Shown: positions 19,437-29,607 of the stretch, one piece after another | How the letters are laid out: each line of letters opens with the position of its first letter | How positions within the stretch are numbered: the first letter of the stretch is position 1 | From: a virus | Direction: 5' to 3' (one strand) | DNA length: 64,000 nucleotides | Virus record (IMG/VR): IMGVR_UViG_3300049436_000052 | Coordinates: 64,001-128,000 of that record | Notes under the pieces: generated by a model | What the model was told of the DNA's origin: nothing | The model's input: the letters and a program-made list of their open reading frames with translations, nothing else | Databases searched by the model: none | Translations under genes and position numbers: made by a program

Positions 19437-19811
19437 TTATATTTTATTAATGTTAACAGCTAAACCCTTTTCAATAAGATTGAAATAATCAAAATGCCAT
19501 TCTAGGTAATTTTCAGAAATAATTCTTGGAAGAAAATCTATTGGTATATTTATTTTTTTACAAAAAGAATCTAAAGACTCATGAGGTCCTCCATACATAG
19601 AATGAAGTTTTTCAATAGGAACGAACTTTTTACCATCAAATTCAATTTGCTTAAATAAATCTGATAATGGTCTTAAAATTGGCTTCCATTTTTTTTCTAA
19701 AATAGTAGTTAATTCGGTTGGAGTCAATACCATGTCATAAAAATATCCTTCTGTATCAATTTTTAAGCTATATGGCAAATATGCTGCTAAATGTTTTAAT
19801 TTTAATTCCAT
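19437..19811 (-). CDS. Hypothetical phage protein
   Basis: LKHLAAYLPYSLK...KPILRPLSDL...WHFDYFNLIEKGLAV, a pattern I associate with Bacteroidetes phages. Confidence 0.65.
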   Translation of the reverse strand: MELKLKHLAAYLPYSLKIDTEGYFYDMVLTPTELTTILEKKWKPILRPLSDLFKQIEFDGKKFVPIEKLHSMYGGPHESLDSFCKKINIPIDFLPRIISENYLEWHFDYFNLIEKGLAVNINKI

Positions 19812-19828
19812 ATTTTCTATATTTTTCG

Positions 19829-20116
19829 TTAAACTTTCTCAATCAAATCCTTTTCAGGTATGTTAAATGAATTATCTTTATTTCCAGTTCTAATGCTAGA
19901 AAAAAAAGACCAATAATCCCAATGTTTACCATTAAACTCATGTCTTTCATTAACTATTTTAGGTTTTTTTCTATCAACACTATCGCCCCAATAAATACCA
20001 TTCCAACCATCACGATAATTATTACCTGTATTATCTATTAAAGGTTCAACACCCTTGGTAATTTTAAGTATTCTGCCATTTCGATTTCTATATTTTTTTC
20101 CAATTTCTAGTTTCAT
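19829..20116 (-). CDS. Hypothetical protein
   Basis: MKLEIGKKYRNRNG...DLIE. Confidence 0.6.
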   Translation of the reverse strand: MKLEIGKKYRNRNGRILKITKGVEPLIDNTGNNYRDGWNGIYWGDSVDRKKPKIVNERHEFNGKHWDYWSFFSSIRTGNKDNSFNIPEKDLIEKV

Positions 20117-20122
20117 AAAAAA

Positions 20123-20365
20123 TTAATTACATTCTTCTATATTCATATGTTCATTAATCCAATACCAATCACCAGATTGATGATCTTCACATTTACTTGG
20201 ATATAAATGATGTTTCAATATACATTTGTTTGTATCTAAATTCAAAAAATTAAAACCGCATCTAGTAGGTTGTATGAATTTACACATCATCTTATTTTTA
20301 TATCCAAACCAAATGACATAGTGTTTTCCAAGTTTTAATTTTCTAGGGAATCTTCTTATATCCAT
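20123..20365 (-). CDS. Hypothetical protein
   Basis: 80 aa island ORF. Confidence 0.55.
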   Translation of the reverse strand: MDIRRFPRKLKLGKHYVIWFGYKNKMMCKFIQPTRCGFNFLNLDTNKCILKHHLYPSKCEDHQSGDWYWINEHMNIEECN

Positions 20366-20369
20366 AACT

Positions 20370-20567
20370 TTAATAATTAAAATCAGAATACCACTTATTT
20401 AATGTTTCTATTGTTTCACCACTTTTTTCAGATGCCATTCCTAAAATAATATCCGTTAAATTAAATTTAGAATTTTGTATATGACTTTTTAATTCATCAC
20501 TCTCAATACCAATGAATGCTAAGAATTTAATTAGTTTATTTTTATTCATTCCCATAATTTTACTCAT
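20370..20567 (-). CDS. Hypothetical protein
   Basis: 65 aa island ORF. Confidence 0.5.
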   Translation of the reverse strand: MSKIMGMNKNKLIKFLAFIGIESDELKSHIQNSKFNLTDIILGMASEKSGETIETLNKWYSDFNY

Positions 20568-20748
20568 ATTTACTCAAAACTTCCTCATACCACCATAAAT
20601 GAAACTTATGATGATAATCAATTTTAAATCTACTTATTAAACTTAATAACATACATGGAAAAAATATTAGTGCTGAAATTATAAAACTAATTATAACTAT
20701 TAAAATTAATTTTAATATTTTCACGTTTTCTTTCAATTCTTTATCCAT
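20560..20748 (-). CDS. Small membrane protein
   Basis: Hydrophobic ILKLILIVIISFIISALIFFPCMLLSLI. Confidence 0.5.
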   Translation of the reverse strand: MDKELKENVKILKLILIVIISFIISALIFFPCMLLSLISRFKIDYHHKFHLWWYEEVLSKYE

Positions 20749-20754
20749 AATTAT

Positions 20755-20895
20755 TTAATTTTTAGGAATTTTAATTTGCAATAAATAAATACCAATTAAC
20801 AATCCATAATACCATTCCAATTTAGATGTCAACATCAATATACCAATTCCTAGTATACAAATTAAATTACTAATTTTCAATCCTTTTAAATTCAT
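20755..20895 (-). CDS. Small membrane protein (46 aa, below cutoff)
   Basis: MNLKGLKISNLICILGIGILMLTSKLEWYYGLLIGIYLLQIKIPKN*. Confidence 0.45.
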   Translation of the reverse strand: MNLKGLKISNLICILGIGILMLTSKLEWYYGLLIGIYLLQIKIPKN

Positions 20896-20955
20896 AATTT
20901 CAAATATTTAATTAAATTATATCCTATTATACGAAAAATTTTAAAAAATGTTTTG

Positions 20956-20963
20956 CAAAATTA
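20956..20963 (-). promoter_or_regulatory. Bacteroidetes-type -7 promoter element for the small-ORF island
   Basis: TAATTTTG on minus strand (TAnnTTTG consensus). Confidence 0.5.
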
Positions 20964-21022
20964 CAAAAAAAATTTAAAATTAACAATTATTGTATTTATA
21001 ATAAATAAAATATTAGTTTATC

Positions 21023-23539
21023 ATGGCTGAAAATCAAGATCATTTAAAAAATATAAAAAATATTGGTGAGGCAAATAAATTGCTTCAAGAACAAATAAAT
21101 ATGTCAATTGCGCTAAAAGATTTAGAAAAAGCAAGGGCATTAAATGAAGAAATGATTGCCAATAATATTTTATTGCAAAATGAAAGAAATCAATTAAATA
21201 ATGAACTACACACTGGTAATTTAAAATTAACTAAAGAAGAGAAAAAGGAACTTGATAATATTGAAAAATCTCAAAAAAATATCAATTCTCAATTACAAAG
21301 TGAAGGAAATTGGAGAAGAAAAATAGTTGATTTTGTAAAACTTCAGAATAATCATTTAAAAATTGGATGGCAATTTCTTCAACAATCGGATAAAACCATA
21401 AAGAGTACAATATTAAGTCTTGGAATGTCTGGTGCTAAAGCAGAAATGATGAGAAGTTCTTTTGAAAGTTCTGCTGTTTATGTTGCCAAATTAGGTGGGA
21501 CTCTTGAAGATATTCAAGGGGTAATGCAGGGTTATGCAGATGAAACAGGAAGAGCAAGAGCATTATCTGCCGAAATGGTTAAAGATGTTGTAGCCATTGG
21601 AAAAGGAACTGGTTTAGGAATTGAACAGGCAACAAGATTATCAGCACAATTTGAAATGATGGGATATAATGCTCAATCAACAATGGACTATGTTCAAGGA
21701 GTTGTTGATACAAGTGAAAGAATGGGTGTTAATACAACAAAAGTCTTAAAAAATATTTCAGATAATTTTAAAAGATTAAACACATATACTTTTCAACAAG
21801 GTGTTAAAGGAATTGCTCAAATGGCAATGTATGCAGAGAAATTTCACATGGATATTAACCAAGCACTTAATGCCGCAGATGTTTCAAGAACACTTGAAGG
21901 AGCTATTGATTTAACTTCCCAACTTCAAATAATGGGTGGCGAATTTGCTAAAACAGATCCTTTTGAAATGTTATTCTTATCTCGTAATGATCCTGCTAAA
22001 TTTACTGAGAAAATTGCTGATATGACTAAAGGAATTGTTTCATTTAGAAAAATGGCAGATGGATCGTTTGAAAAATTCATTAGTCCTGCTGATAGAGATA
22101 GATTAGCTTCTGTTGCAAAATCTTTGGGGATGGAAAGTTCTGAATTAACAAAAATTGCTGAAAGACAATCTGAAATTCAAAGAATACGTCAACAAATGCA
22201 AGGAATGGGTTTATCTCCAGAACAAAAGGAGTTAATAGAAGGTGCTGCTGTTTTTAATACTAAAACAGGAAAATTTGAAGCAATGGTTGCTGGTCAAATG
22301 CGAGATGTTACAAAATTAACACAAACACAAGCAGAAGGTTTTGTTAAAGAAAGAAAAACTTTAGAACAAAGAGCAAAAGAATCACAAAGTTTTGATGAAG
22401 CATTTCAAGCAACAATTAATGAATTAAAATCTGCTTTATTACCAATATTACAAGGTGTTAATAAAGTTTTGACATATGTTCGACCAATTGTAGAAAGTTT
22501 TACAAGGTTATTTACCGAAGGAAAGGGTGCATGGTTAAAAACTGCTGGTTTGTTAATTGTTGGTGCAACTGCATGGAAAGTAGCTAGTAGTGCATTTAAT
22601 AAAGCAATTGATAAATTTGTTGAAAGAGGTGTTGGTGGAATGTTTGGAGGTGGAGGTGCTAAAACTACTTCTACAGTTTCTACTCAAAGTACCACAACAT
22701 CTAAAACTAGTGGTGTAGCTTCCAAAACTGGTAGTGCTGGAGGAGGTGGAAAAGCATTTGGAAAAGGTGCTGGTATTGGTGCTGCTGCTTTGGGAATCGG
22801 TGCAGGTGTTGGATTAGCTGCTGTTGGTATTAGTAAATTAGCTGATTCTATGAGTAAATTATCTCCAGAACAAGCAGACTCTTTAAAATCGATTGCTATG
22901 ACATTAGCAATAACATTTCCTGCTGCTGCTATTGGAATTGCTTTGGTTGGTCAAACTGCACAAGCTGGTGCTCTTGGTTTGATGGCATTAGGTGCTGCAT
23001 TTGCATTAGTTGGTACTGGAGTATATTTGGCCGCAACAGGTATTGGAAATATGGCAGAGGGATTGACAAAATTAGTTACTGCTGGTAAAGGTGCTGGTGA
23101 TGATATGTTAAAATTAAGTGCTGGCATTGGTGCTTTATCATTATCAATGTTAGGATTTACTGCTGGTGCATTTGGATTAGCTGTTTTTGCTGGTTTAATG
23201 CATACTATTGCAAAAAATGCTCCTGCTATTACTGCTGTTGGTGACGCATTTAAACAAATAAACACAGTCATGAGTGGAAGTAAAGAAGATTTTATGGCCG
23301 TTGAAAATGCTGTTGCTTCTATTTCAAATATGAATACCAAAGGTGGTGGAATGTTTAAGGAATTAAGTAATTTAATTAAAAATGGAATAAAAGTTGAATT
23401 TGCTGATAAACAAGTTGCTTTAGTTAATAACATAACATTGGATATCGATGGTAATAAATTTATGGAAAAAACTTATAATGTTAATGCTGCAATTCAAAAA
23501 CATGAAGCAATTCGTCAAGGAAAAGGTGGTAATTCATAA
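21023..23539 (+). CDS. Tape measure protein
   Basis: 838 aa; coiled-coil N-half, Ala/Gly-rich hydrophobic repeats, C-terminal ITLDIDG; TATTTAT at 20993. Confidence 0.85.
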   Translation: MAENQDHLKNIKNIGEANKLLQEQINMSIALKDLEKARALNEEMIANNILLQNERNQLNNELHTGNLKLTKEEKKELDNIEKSQKNINSQLQSEGNWRRKIVDFVKLQNNHLKIGWQFLQQSDKTIKSTILSLGMSGAKAEMMRSSFESSAVYVAKLGGTLEDIQGVMQGYADETGRARALSAEMVKDVVAIGKGTGLGIEQATRLSAQFEMMGYNAQSTMDYVQGVVDTSERMGVNTTKVLKNISDNFKRLNTYTFQQGVKGIAQMAMYAEKFHMDINQALNAADVSRTLEGAIDLTSQLQIMGGEFAKTDPFEMLFLSRNDPAKFTEKIADMTKGIVSFRKMADGSFEKFISPADRDRLASVAKSLGMESSELTKIAERQSEIQRIRQQMQGMGLSPEQKELIEGAAVFNTKTGKFEAMVAGQMRDVTKLTQTQAEGFVKERKTLEQRAKESQSFDEAFQATINELKSALLPILQGVNKVLTYVRPIVESFTRLFTEGKGAWLKTAGLLIVGATAWKVASSAFNKAIDKFVERGVGGMFGGGGAKTTSTVSTQSTTTSKTSGVASKTGSAGGGGKAFGKGAGIGAAALGIGAGVGLAAVGISKLADSMSKLSPEQADSLKSIAMTLAITFPAAAIGIALVGQTAQAGALGLMALGAAFALVGTGVYLAATGIGNMAEGLTKLVTAGKGAGDDMLKLSAGIGALSLSMLGFTAGAFGLAVFAGLMHTIAKNAPAITAVGDAFKQINTVMSGSKEDFMAVENAVASISNMNTKGGGMFKELSNLIKNGIKVEFADKQVALVNNITLDIDGNKFMEKTYNVNAAIQKHEAIRQGKGGNS

Positions 23540-23546
23540 TTTTATT

Positions 23547-23576
23547 TTTGTATTTCAAAAAAATTAATTAACTTTG
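23547..23576 (+). promoter_or_regulatory. Bacteroidetes-type promoter
   Basis: TTTG (23547) + 18 bp + TAACTTTG (23569). Confidence 0.6.
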
Positions 23577-23604
23577 CAAAGTTAATTAAAACCACATAAC
23601 TTAA

Positions 23605-23793
23605 ATGGATAGTTTAACCAAAGATAATCATTTATTTAATAAACAAGAAGTTATAGAATATCTTCAAAATCTTTATAGTGAATTAAATTATTCTGAAAAC
23701 GATAAAATGAAATTTAAATTAAATGATTTGGATGAACTCGAAGATGGTTTTTATCTAATAAATGAAAATGGAATTAAATATTTAGGGGAATGA
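23605..23793 (+). CDS. Hypothetical acidic protein
   Basis: 62 aa directly behind the promoter. Confidence 0.55.
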   Translation: MDSLTKDNHLFNKQEVIEYLQNLYSELNYSENDKMKFKLNDLDELEDGFYLINENGIKYLGE

Positions 23794-23881
23794 TAAACAA
23801 TATGATGAAAAATAATTCCTTTGATTATCAATAAGTTAATGTTTTTAGTTAAAAAAAGTTAAAAAATAATTCTTAAAATCC

Positions 23882-23912
23882 TTGCTTATTAACTAAATAA
23901 TTAGTAACTTTG
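23882..23912 (+). promoter_or_regulatory. Bacteroidetes-type promoter facing non-coding DNA
   Basis: TTG (23882) + 20 bp + TAACTTTG (23905); no ORF follows before the repeat array. Confidence 0.55.
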
Positions 23913-24135
23913 CCAAGTCTTTAAGTAACAACAACTTACAAACAAAAAAAGAAAAACAAACATAATACAAAGCTCAAAGACAAATAAAAAGAAAGACTTT
24001 TTTATTTTTCAAATAAACAAACTTACTAAGTTAGTTTTCTTTCTTTCTTTAACAATAAAAAAAGAAAAAACTTGTCTGGCACGGGGCATAATATTCTTTA
24101 TTGGTTAATTTTTTCTTTTCTTGAAATTTGTAAAA

Positions 24136-24239
24136 TTTTCCTAATTACTTTTCCTAATTACTTTTCCTAATTACTTTTCCTAATTACTTTTCCTAATTAC
24201 TTTTCCTAATTACTTTTCCTAATTACTTTTCCTAATTAC
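24136..24239. repeat. 8 perfect tandem copies of TTTTCCTAATTAC (candidate origin iterons)
   Basis: Direct count; lies within ~600 bp non-coding region 23794-24389. Confidence 0.95.
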
Positions 24240-24389
24240 TTTGATATATTTTTATATCACATACCCCAACTTAATTTTGGAAAAAAGTAAATATTGACAC
24301 TTCGATTGGAAAGAAATGGGTAAGATTTTGGCACGATAAAAGTAGATCAAATAATTTATTCTTACAAGTATTTATTAAAAAAAGTTTTA

Positions 24390-27300
24390 ATGGCAAATAA
24401 AGATAGTAAATATGAGCCTATTTCAATATTTGGAAATATTAGTAATAATGGTGTTGTTGAAGAAGATTCGAGATTATCAAGAATAAGTAATAATTTAAGA
24501 AATACATTACAAACAAGAAATCTATATACTCCAAATGTTGAATATCCAAATAATAGTACAAATACTGCAAGTAAGATTGTAAATGCTGTTGATAGTTTAA
24601 TTGGTATAGTTGCACCATTTAAATCATTTTCATTGAAAAATAATTATTTTGCCAGAATAACAAATCCAACTCCATTAACAGAAATTGGAACTGTTATGTT
24701 AGCAAAACAAATGGCTTATAATTCATCTTCTCATATATCTCAACAAAATTTACCAACTTTAAATCTTTCTAATTTATTTGATGGAAATAAGGATACTAAA
24801 CTTTTTGAAAAAAATATTAATTTAAAAATTACAAAAAAAGAAGATACTACATTTCAAGATAAATTTAATAATTTTATTGACAAGATAGTATTTGATGGAA
24901 ACACAACAAGTGATAGTCCATTTAGTAAAAGTTCAACAAATGCCGATTATATTAGGAATACTGGAGACGGACAATTAAATTTTCTTTATCAATCAATTAA
25001 TAATAATCTTTATAAACAAGATGATTCGACATTAATTGAATTTGGTTTAAAAATAAAAAAACCACTTCAACCAAGAAAAAATATGGTCAATACTCAAAGT
25101 GGTGGAATTGTAACTAGTAATTCATATAAACCATTTTTTAATTTTTCGAATATTGCAAAAAATCCATATTTAAATATTAGTACAACGTTTTTTGCTGAAG
25201 TTATTGCAAATAAAGCAATGGCAAATTCGTATTTGGTTAGTAATGAAATTCAAGAATATGCTCCAACCAGAGATTTTATAAAAACTTATTTTGGAAAAAC
25301 ATTATTAGCAGAACCAATTAGTTTAAATGATGGATTATCTAATTCATGGATTGATGAAAATGTTGAATTTAAAAATGATTTGATTGGTAATAAGTTAGTT
25401 TGGGGTAGAGATGGAATATCGACTGAAGCAAATACAAATATTGATCCATTAAGAGGAGATAAAGATCAAGTTGATAATGATTATTCAGATCAGATTAATG
25501 ATCCAACAATTCGTGAATTTAATTATAATAAATTTAATATCAAATCTGGGTTATTAGAATATACAAGAAATTTAATTAATGCAACAAATGGTAATGTTGG
25601 AGATTTAACAAGAAAAGCATTTAATGAGGGTGATGGTAAATATGGTTTTAACGGTTCTGGATTATGGAAATCAAATAATAGTATATACGCTCAAAAAGCA
25701 GAAATAGCAGGAAAAAAAGGTGTTCGTCAACATTCTCAATTAGATCAGTACGATAGGTTTACAAAAGCAATTAGATTTAATGGAAGCGAGGTATATAATG
25801 GTAATGTAGATTCTGTTACTTATAAAACGGTTATTCCTCGAATACATCCAACATTACCACTAACTAATGGAGTTCCAAATAATAAAAATTTAATGTTTTC
25901 AATTGAAAATTTGGCTGTTGGTGTTATTAGTAAAGGAACTAAGGGAATAATTGATGATGAATTTGGAAGTGAAATACCAATTTGTGAAGTAGGTCCTTTC
26001 TATGGAAGAATTATGTGGTTTCCTCCATATGGTTTAGAATTAAATGAGGTTGCAAGTGCAAAATATGAATCTACTGTTATGGTTGGTAGAAATGAACCAA
26101 TGTATAATTATCAAAATTCAGAAAGAACTGCAACATTATCATTTATCATGTTAATGGATTATCCAAGTCATTTAAAACAATTCCATAATACACAAAATAA
26201 GCAAAAGGAAATGGCAGAATTCTTTGCATTTGGAGGAGATCCATATACACCAAAGAAACCACCTGTCAATAATCCCGAAGAAAAAATTAAACAACTTCAA
26301 AACGAAATTGAAAAAATTGTAAATAAACCAGATGTAGAAGATCCAAATACTGCAAAACCTAATCCAATTAAAGTAGTATTTCCAAATGATGTTCCTTTTG
26401 TAAGTGATAATTTAAATACTATTATTGATAAAATGTATACTAAATATCGTTATGAAATTATTGATGGATTACCTTCAAATGGAACTTACGGTGATGTTAG
26501 TAGTTTTGGATATAATAGATTTATCTATGTTGCAAATGATGATACTGGTGTAAAAGCTGGTGGAACATTCGGAAAATATTATTTAGATAGTGGTGTTACA
26601 TCACAAGTTGGATTTACACAATATACCCAAACAGGTGATTGCGATCTAAATAAAATTCTTAAAGATTTTTATTCTAATGAAAGTAATAGACAATTATATA
26701 ATATATCAGTATTTGGAGGTGCATCAAAATTATATACCGAAAAAAATAAATTTGATATAAAGGAAGAAGAAGATTATAATAAATCATTGGGTTTAAGAAG
26801 AGCAAAAGCAGTAATTACTTTTATAAAAAGACGTTTAGCTGCAATTTTTGAAAAAGATTTTGATGATCTTGGTATTAATGTAATACTTGGTGGTGGAACT
26901 GGTGGTGGTACTGTTGGTAGTCAATTCTCAAGTCAAACAAATGCAACAGAGGTAGCAATTCCATTAGCGTCAACAAAATTAGAAAGATTCGCTTTAATTG
27001 AAATTACACGAAATGAAAATACTACATCTTCAAAACAAAAGAAATTAACACAAGAAGAAACTGAAATAATTAGAAAAAAACAAGAAGAAATCCAAGAACT
27101 TGAAAAAGATCTTGTTAAAGGAAATGAAGCATATGATTGTGTTTATAATGAAAAAAATAGTAAAAATGGTATATTACATGGGTTTCAAGCAATAAGTGGT
27201 AATTATTTTTCACCAGTATTTCATTCACAAACACCCGAAGATTTTCATAGACGACTAACATTTCTTCAACAATGTGTAAGACAAGGTGCAGCAAAAAGAT

Positions 27301-27725
27301 ATAATGTAGTTGAAGAAAATGGATTAATGAGAGCTAAAAATTCTGTGTTTGGCAGACAACCCGTTTGTATATTGCGTTTAGGAGATTTCTTTTATACAAA
27401 AGTTGTTATTGATAACGTTACATTTGACTACACGGATGCACCCTGGGATACCAATAGTGAGAATTTTGGGACACAATTTATGTTTGCTAAAATCACAATA
27501 CAGATGAAGGTTATAGGAGGTCAGTCTTTGAAAGGGCCAATTGACGCACTTCAAAATGCTGTATCGTTTAATTACTATGCAAATTCAACATTTTCAAGAC
27601 AAGGAATGTATAAACTTCCTTCTGATGTTGCAGATAATCAAGAAGCGTATATTAATGGGATCTTGGTTGAGAAATATAAAGATCTAAGCAACGCTTTTGA
27701 TAACAATGTTAATAAAATAAAATAA
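24390..27725 (+). CDS. Large baseplate/tube-initiator protein with inserted OmpA-like domain
   Basis: WFPPY...GRNEPMYNYQNSERTATLSF and PVCILRLGDFF...PWD flank YNKSLGLRRAKAV. Confidence 0.65.
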   Translation: MANKDSKYEPISIFGNISNNGVVEEDSRLSRISNNLRNTLQTRNLYTPNVEYPNNSTNTASKIVNAVDSLIGIVAPFKSFSLKNNYFARITNPTPLTEIGTVMLAKQMAYNSSSHISQQNLPTLNLSNLFDGNKDTKLFEKNINLKITKKEDTTFQDKFNNFIDKIVFDGNTTSDSPFSKSSTNADYIRNTGDGQLNFLYQSINNNLYKQDDSTLIEFGLKIKKPLQPRKNMVNTQSGGIVTSNSYKPFFNFSNIAKNPYLNISTTFFAEVIANKAMANSYLVSNEIQEYAPTRDFIKTYFGKTLLAEPISLNDGLSNSWIDENVEFKNDLIGNKLVWGRDGISTEANTNIDPLRGDKDQVDNDYSDQINDPTIREFNYNKFNIKSGLLEYTRNLINATNGNVGDLTRKAFNEGDGKYGFNGSGLWKSNNSIYAQKAEIAGKKGVRQHSQLDQYDRFTKAIRFNGSEVYNGNVDSVTYKTVIPRIHPTLPLTNGVPNNKNLMFSIENLAVGVISKGTKGIIDDEFGSEIPICEVGPFYGRIMWFPPYGLELNEVASAKYESTVMVGRNEPMYNYQNSERTATLSFIMLMDYPSHLKQFHNTQNKQKEMAEFFAFGGDPYTPKKPPVNNPEEKIKQLQNEIEKIVNKPDVEDPNTAKPNPIKVVFPNDVPFVSDNLNTIIDKMYTKYRYEIIDGLPSNGTYGDVSSFGYNRFIYVANDDTGVKAGGTFGKYYLDSGVTSQVGFTQYTQTGDCDLNKILKDFYSNESNRQLYNISVFGGASKLYTEKNKFDIKEEEDYNKSLGLRRAKAVITFIKRRLAAIFEKDFDDLGINVILGGGTGGGTVGSQFSSQTNATEVAIPLASTKLERFALIEITRNENTTSSKQKKLTQEETEIIRKKQEEIQELEKDLVKGNEAYDCVYNEKNSKNGILHGFQAISGNYFSPVFHSQTPEDFHRRLTFLQQCVRQGAAKRYNVVEENGLMRAKNSVFGRQPVCILRLGDFFYTKVVIDNVTFDYTDAPWDTNSENFGTQFMFAKITIQMKVIGGQSLKGPIDALQNAVSFNYYANSTFSRQGMYKLPSDVADNQEAYINGILVEKYKDLSNAFDNNVNKIK

Positions 27726-27727
27726 TT

Positions 27728-28039
27728 ATGCAAAAAGATTATGATAGATATGCTATTTTAAAAAATAGCGATGGAACAATAGATACAATGCCATTAGTTA
27801 AATTGCCACAAAATGCTAGTGATAAATTTGAATATTGGAAAGAAGGATTTAGTAGATTAGATAAAATATCTGTAAAATACTATGGTTCACCATATTATGA
27901 TTTTCTAATACTTTTAGCAAATCCTTCATTTTCGAGTGAATGGGATATTCCAGATGGAACGTTAATTCGTATTCCGTTTAGTTTAAATAAAATAAAAGCA
28001 GATTATGAAGCAGCATTAATGGCATATAAAAAAAGATGA
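27728..28039 (+). CDS. LysM-type baseplate wedge protein (gp53/gpX-like)
   Basis: RLDKISVKYYGSP....ILLANP....IPDGTLIRIP. Confidence 0.8.
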   Translation: MQKDYDRYAILKNSDGTIDTMPLVKLPQNASDKFEYWKEGFSRLDKISVKYYGSPYYDFLILLANPSFSSEWDIPDGTLIRIPFSLNKIKADYEAALMAYKKR

Positions 28040-28070
28040 AAAATTATTTTAACTTTCCAATTTTTATTTA

Positions 28071-28099
28071 TAATTTTGTCCTTTAAATTTAAAGGACAA
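28071..28099 (+). promoter_or_regulatory. TAATTTTG promoter element overlapped by perfect 24-bp palindrome
   Basis: ttgtcctttaaa|tttaaaggacaa at 28076-28099. Confidence 0.55.
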
Positions 28100-28104
28100 G
28101 AAAA

Positions 28105-28692
28105 ATGACAATAATCTTAACGATTTTAAAGAAATACTGGAAGCTAATATTAATTATAGTATTTGCTTTATTAGTTTATTTATTTTTTAATCAAATTCAA
28201 AGTCTAAAAAAAGATAATGATAGGTTATTAAATAACGTTGAACAATTAATGAGCGATAATAATACAAAGGTTCTTGAAATGACAAAACAAGAATTTTTGA
28301 AAAATTATTATGATAAAGATTCTCTACTTAGAAAAATAGTTGATAGCATTAATATAAGGTATAAAAATATCGAAAGAACTATTAACTATAAATATTATCA
28401 TATATACGATACCACAGTATTTCTGATAGAAACTAAAGATTCAACTATAAAGAAATTTAAACATGAGTTTGATAAATGCGTTTCTGTTTCTGGTGAAATA
28501 AATTGGTACAAATCTACAATCACATTTGATTCACTTAAATTAAGTCTAAATACCACAACACTATATTATTGGCAACGTCCACACAAATTTTGGTTTATCA
28601 AATACGGCAAAAAGCAATTAAAAGCTGCTACATTAAATAATTGTAGTAGTAAAACAGTAGTTAATGATATTACAATAAGTAAGAAGAAATAA
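28105..28692 (+). CDS. Membrane-anchored coiled-coil protein (i-spanin-like)
   Basis: N-terminal TM helix, coiled coil, C-terminal KFWFIKYGKK. Confidence 0.55.
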   Translation: MTIILTILKKYWKLILIIVFALLVYLFFNQIQSLKKDNDRLLNNVEQLMSDNNTKVLEMTKQEFLKNYYDKDSLLRKIVDSINIRYKNIERTINYKYYHIYDTTVFLIETKDSTIKKFKHEFDKCVSVSGEINWYKSTITFDSLKLSLNTTTLYYWQRPHKFWFIKYGKKQLKAATLNNCSSKTVVNDITISKKK

Positions 28693-29586
28693 ATGAAATA
28701 CATAAAATTTAATAACTATAAAGATGTTTCTAGTTTCTATCATAGAAACAAATCTGAAGATTCTGAATATTTTTTAGATCTAGGCATTAGAATTCCAATA
28801 ATGAATGGTTTATTTTTCAAACAAAAAAATGCAATTAAAGAAATTAAGTTTTATGATGAAGAAAATGGAATTTGTAAAATGATTCTTAATAAAAAATACA
28901 TTGATAGATTTCATCCCTTAAAAATCAATAATCAAAAATTTTGGAAAGAATTTAAAATAAAATTTCCATTAGTTTCTGTTTGTGGGGGTGAAAGCCAATC
29001 AATTGAGCATTGTAATGAAAATAATACTTTACTTAGTAAACAACACGGTTTTATTGATTTTATAGATAAAATTATTGGAGAAAACGTTAATAATAAAATT
29101 AATTTTTTTGAAATAGGTTATGGTCATGGTAATATTTTTAATTATTATAATGATAATGTAAATTATATTGGCGTTGATTATTATAAAAATCAAAATTTAA
29201 ATAAATTCAATAATCTTTTAATAATAAAAGAAAGTGGCATTCCTAAATCTATAAAAAATAATAGTCAGGATATTATATATTGTTGTAATGTTTTACAACA
29301 TTGTTGTAAACATGATAGATTTGAATATTTTAGGCAATCGTTTAAAAAATTAAAAACAGGTGGTTATTTTTTAGGATCGCTTTTTTTAGAAACACTAGAA
29401 AATAAAGATGAATATTATTGGGGAATGGAGGATACCAAGGGTAGGAAATATTGCTGTTTTTTTAATCAATTAACTGAAGTTGATACGAAAGAAGAATTTC
29501 TTGAGGAAATAAATAATATTGGTTTTAGTTTAATTAAATTAGATAATATATATAATAATAATTTTTCCTTTATTTTAAAAAAATAA
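28693..29586 (+). CDS. Class I SAM methyltransferase
   Basis: FEIGYGHG, YIGVD, DIIYCCNVLQH, LKTGG. Confidence 0.8.
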   Translation: MKYIKFNNYKDVSSFYHRNKSEDSEYFLDLGIRIPIMNGLFFKQKNAIKEIKFYDEENGICKMILNKKYIDRFHPLKINNQKFWKEFKIKFPLVSVCGGESQSIEHCNENNTLLSKQHGFIDFIDKIIGENVNNKINFFEIGYGHGNIFNYYNDNVNYIGVDYYKNQNLNKFNNLLIIKESGIPKSIKNNSQDIIYCCNVLQHCCKHDRFEYFRQSFKKLKTGGYFLGSLFLETLENKDEYYWGMEDTKGRKYCCFFNQLTEVDTKEEFLEEINNIGFSLIKLDNIYNNNFSFILKK

Positions 29587-29607
29587 TAATGACACAAGAA
29601 GAAATAA

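Noticed and set aside
22951-23433. Antisense shadow ORFs (also 1701, 3338, 7468, 9526, 13345, 15829, 59743, 60502 and similar)
   Set aside because: They lie opposite well-supported genes and have no recognisable motifs.
24136-24242. CRISPR array
   Set aside because: The 13-bp units are contiguous with no spacers, and no cas genes are present.
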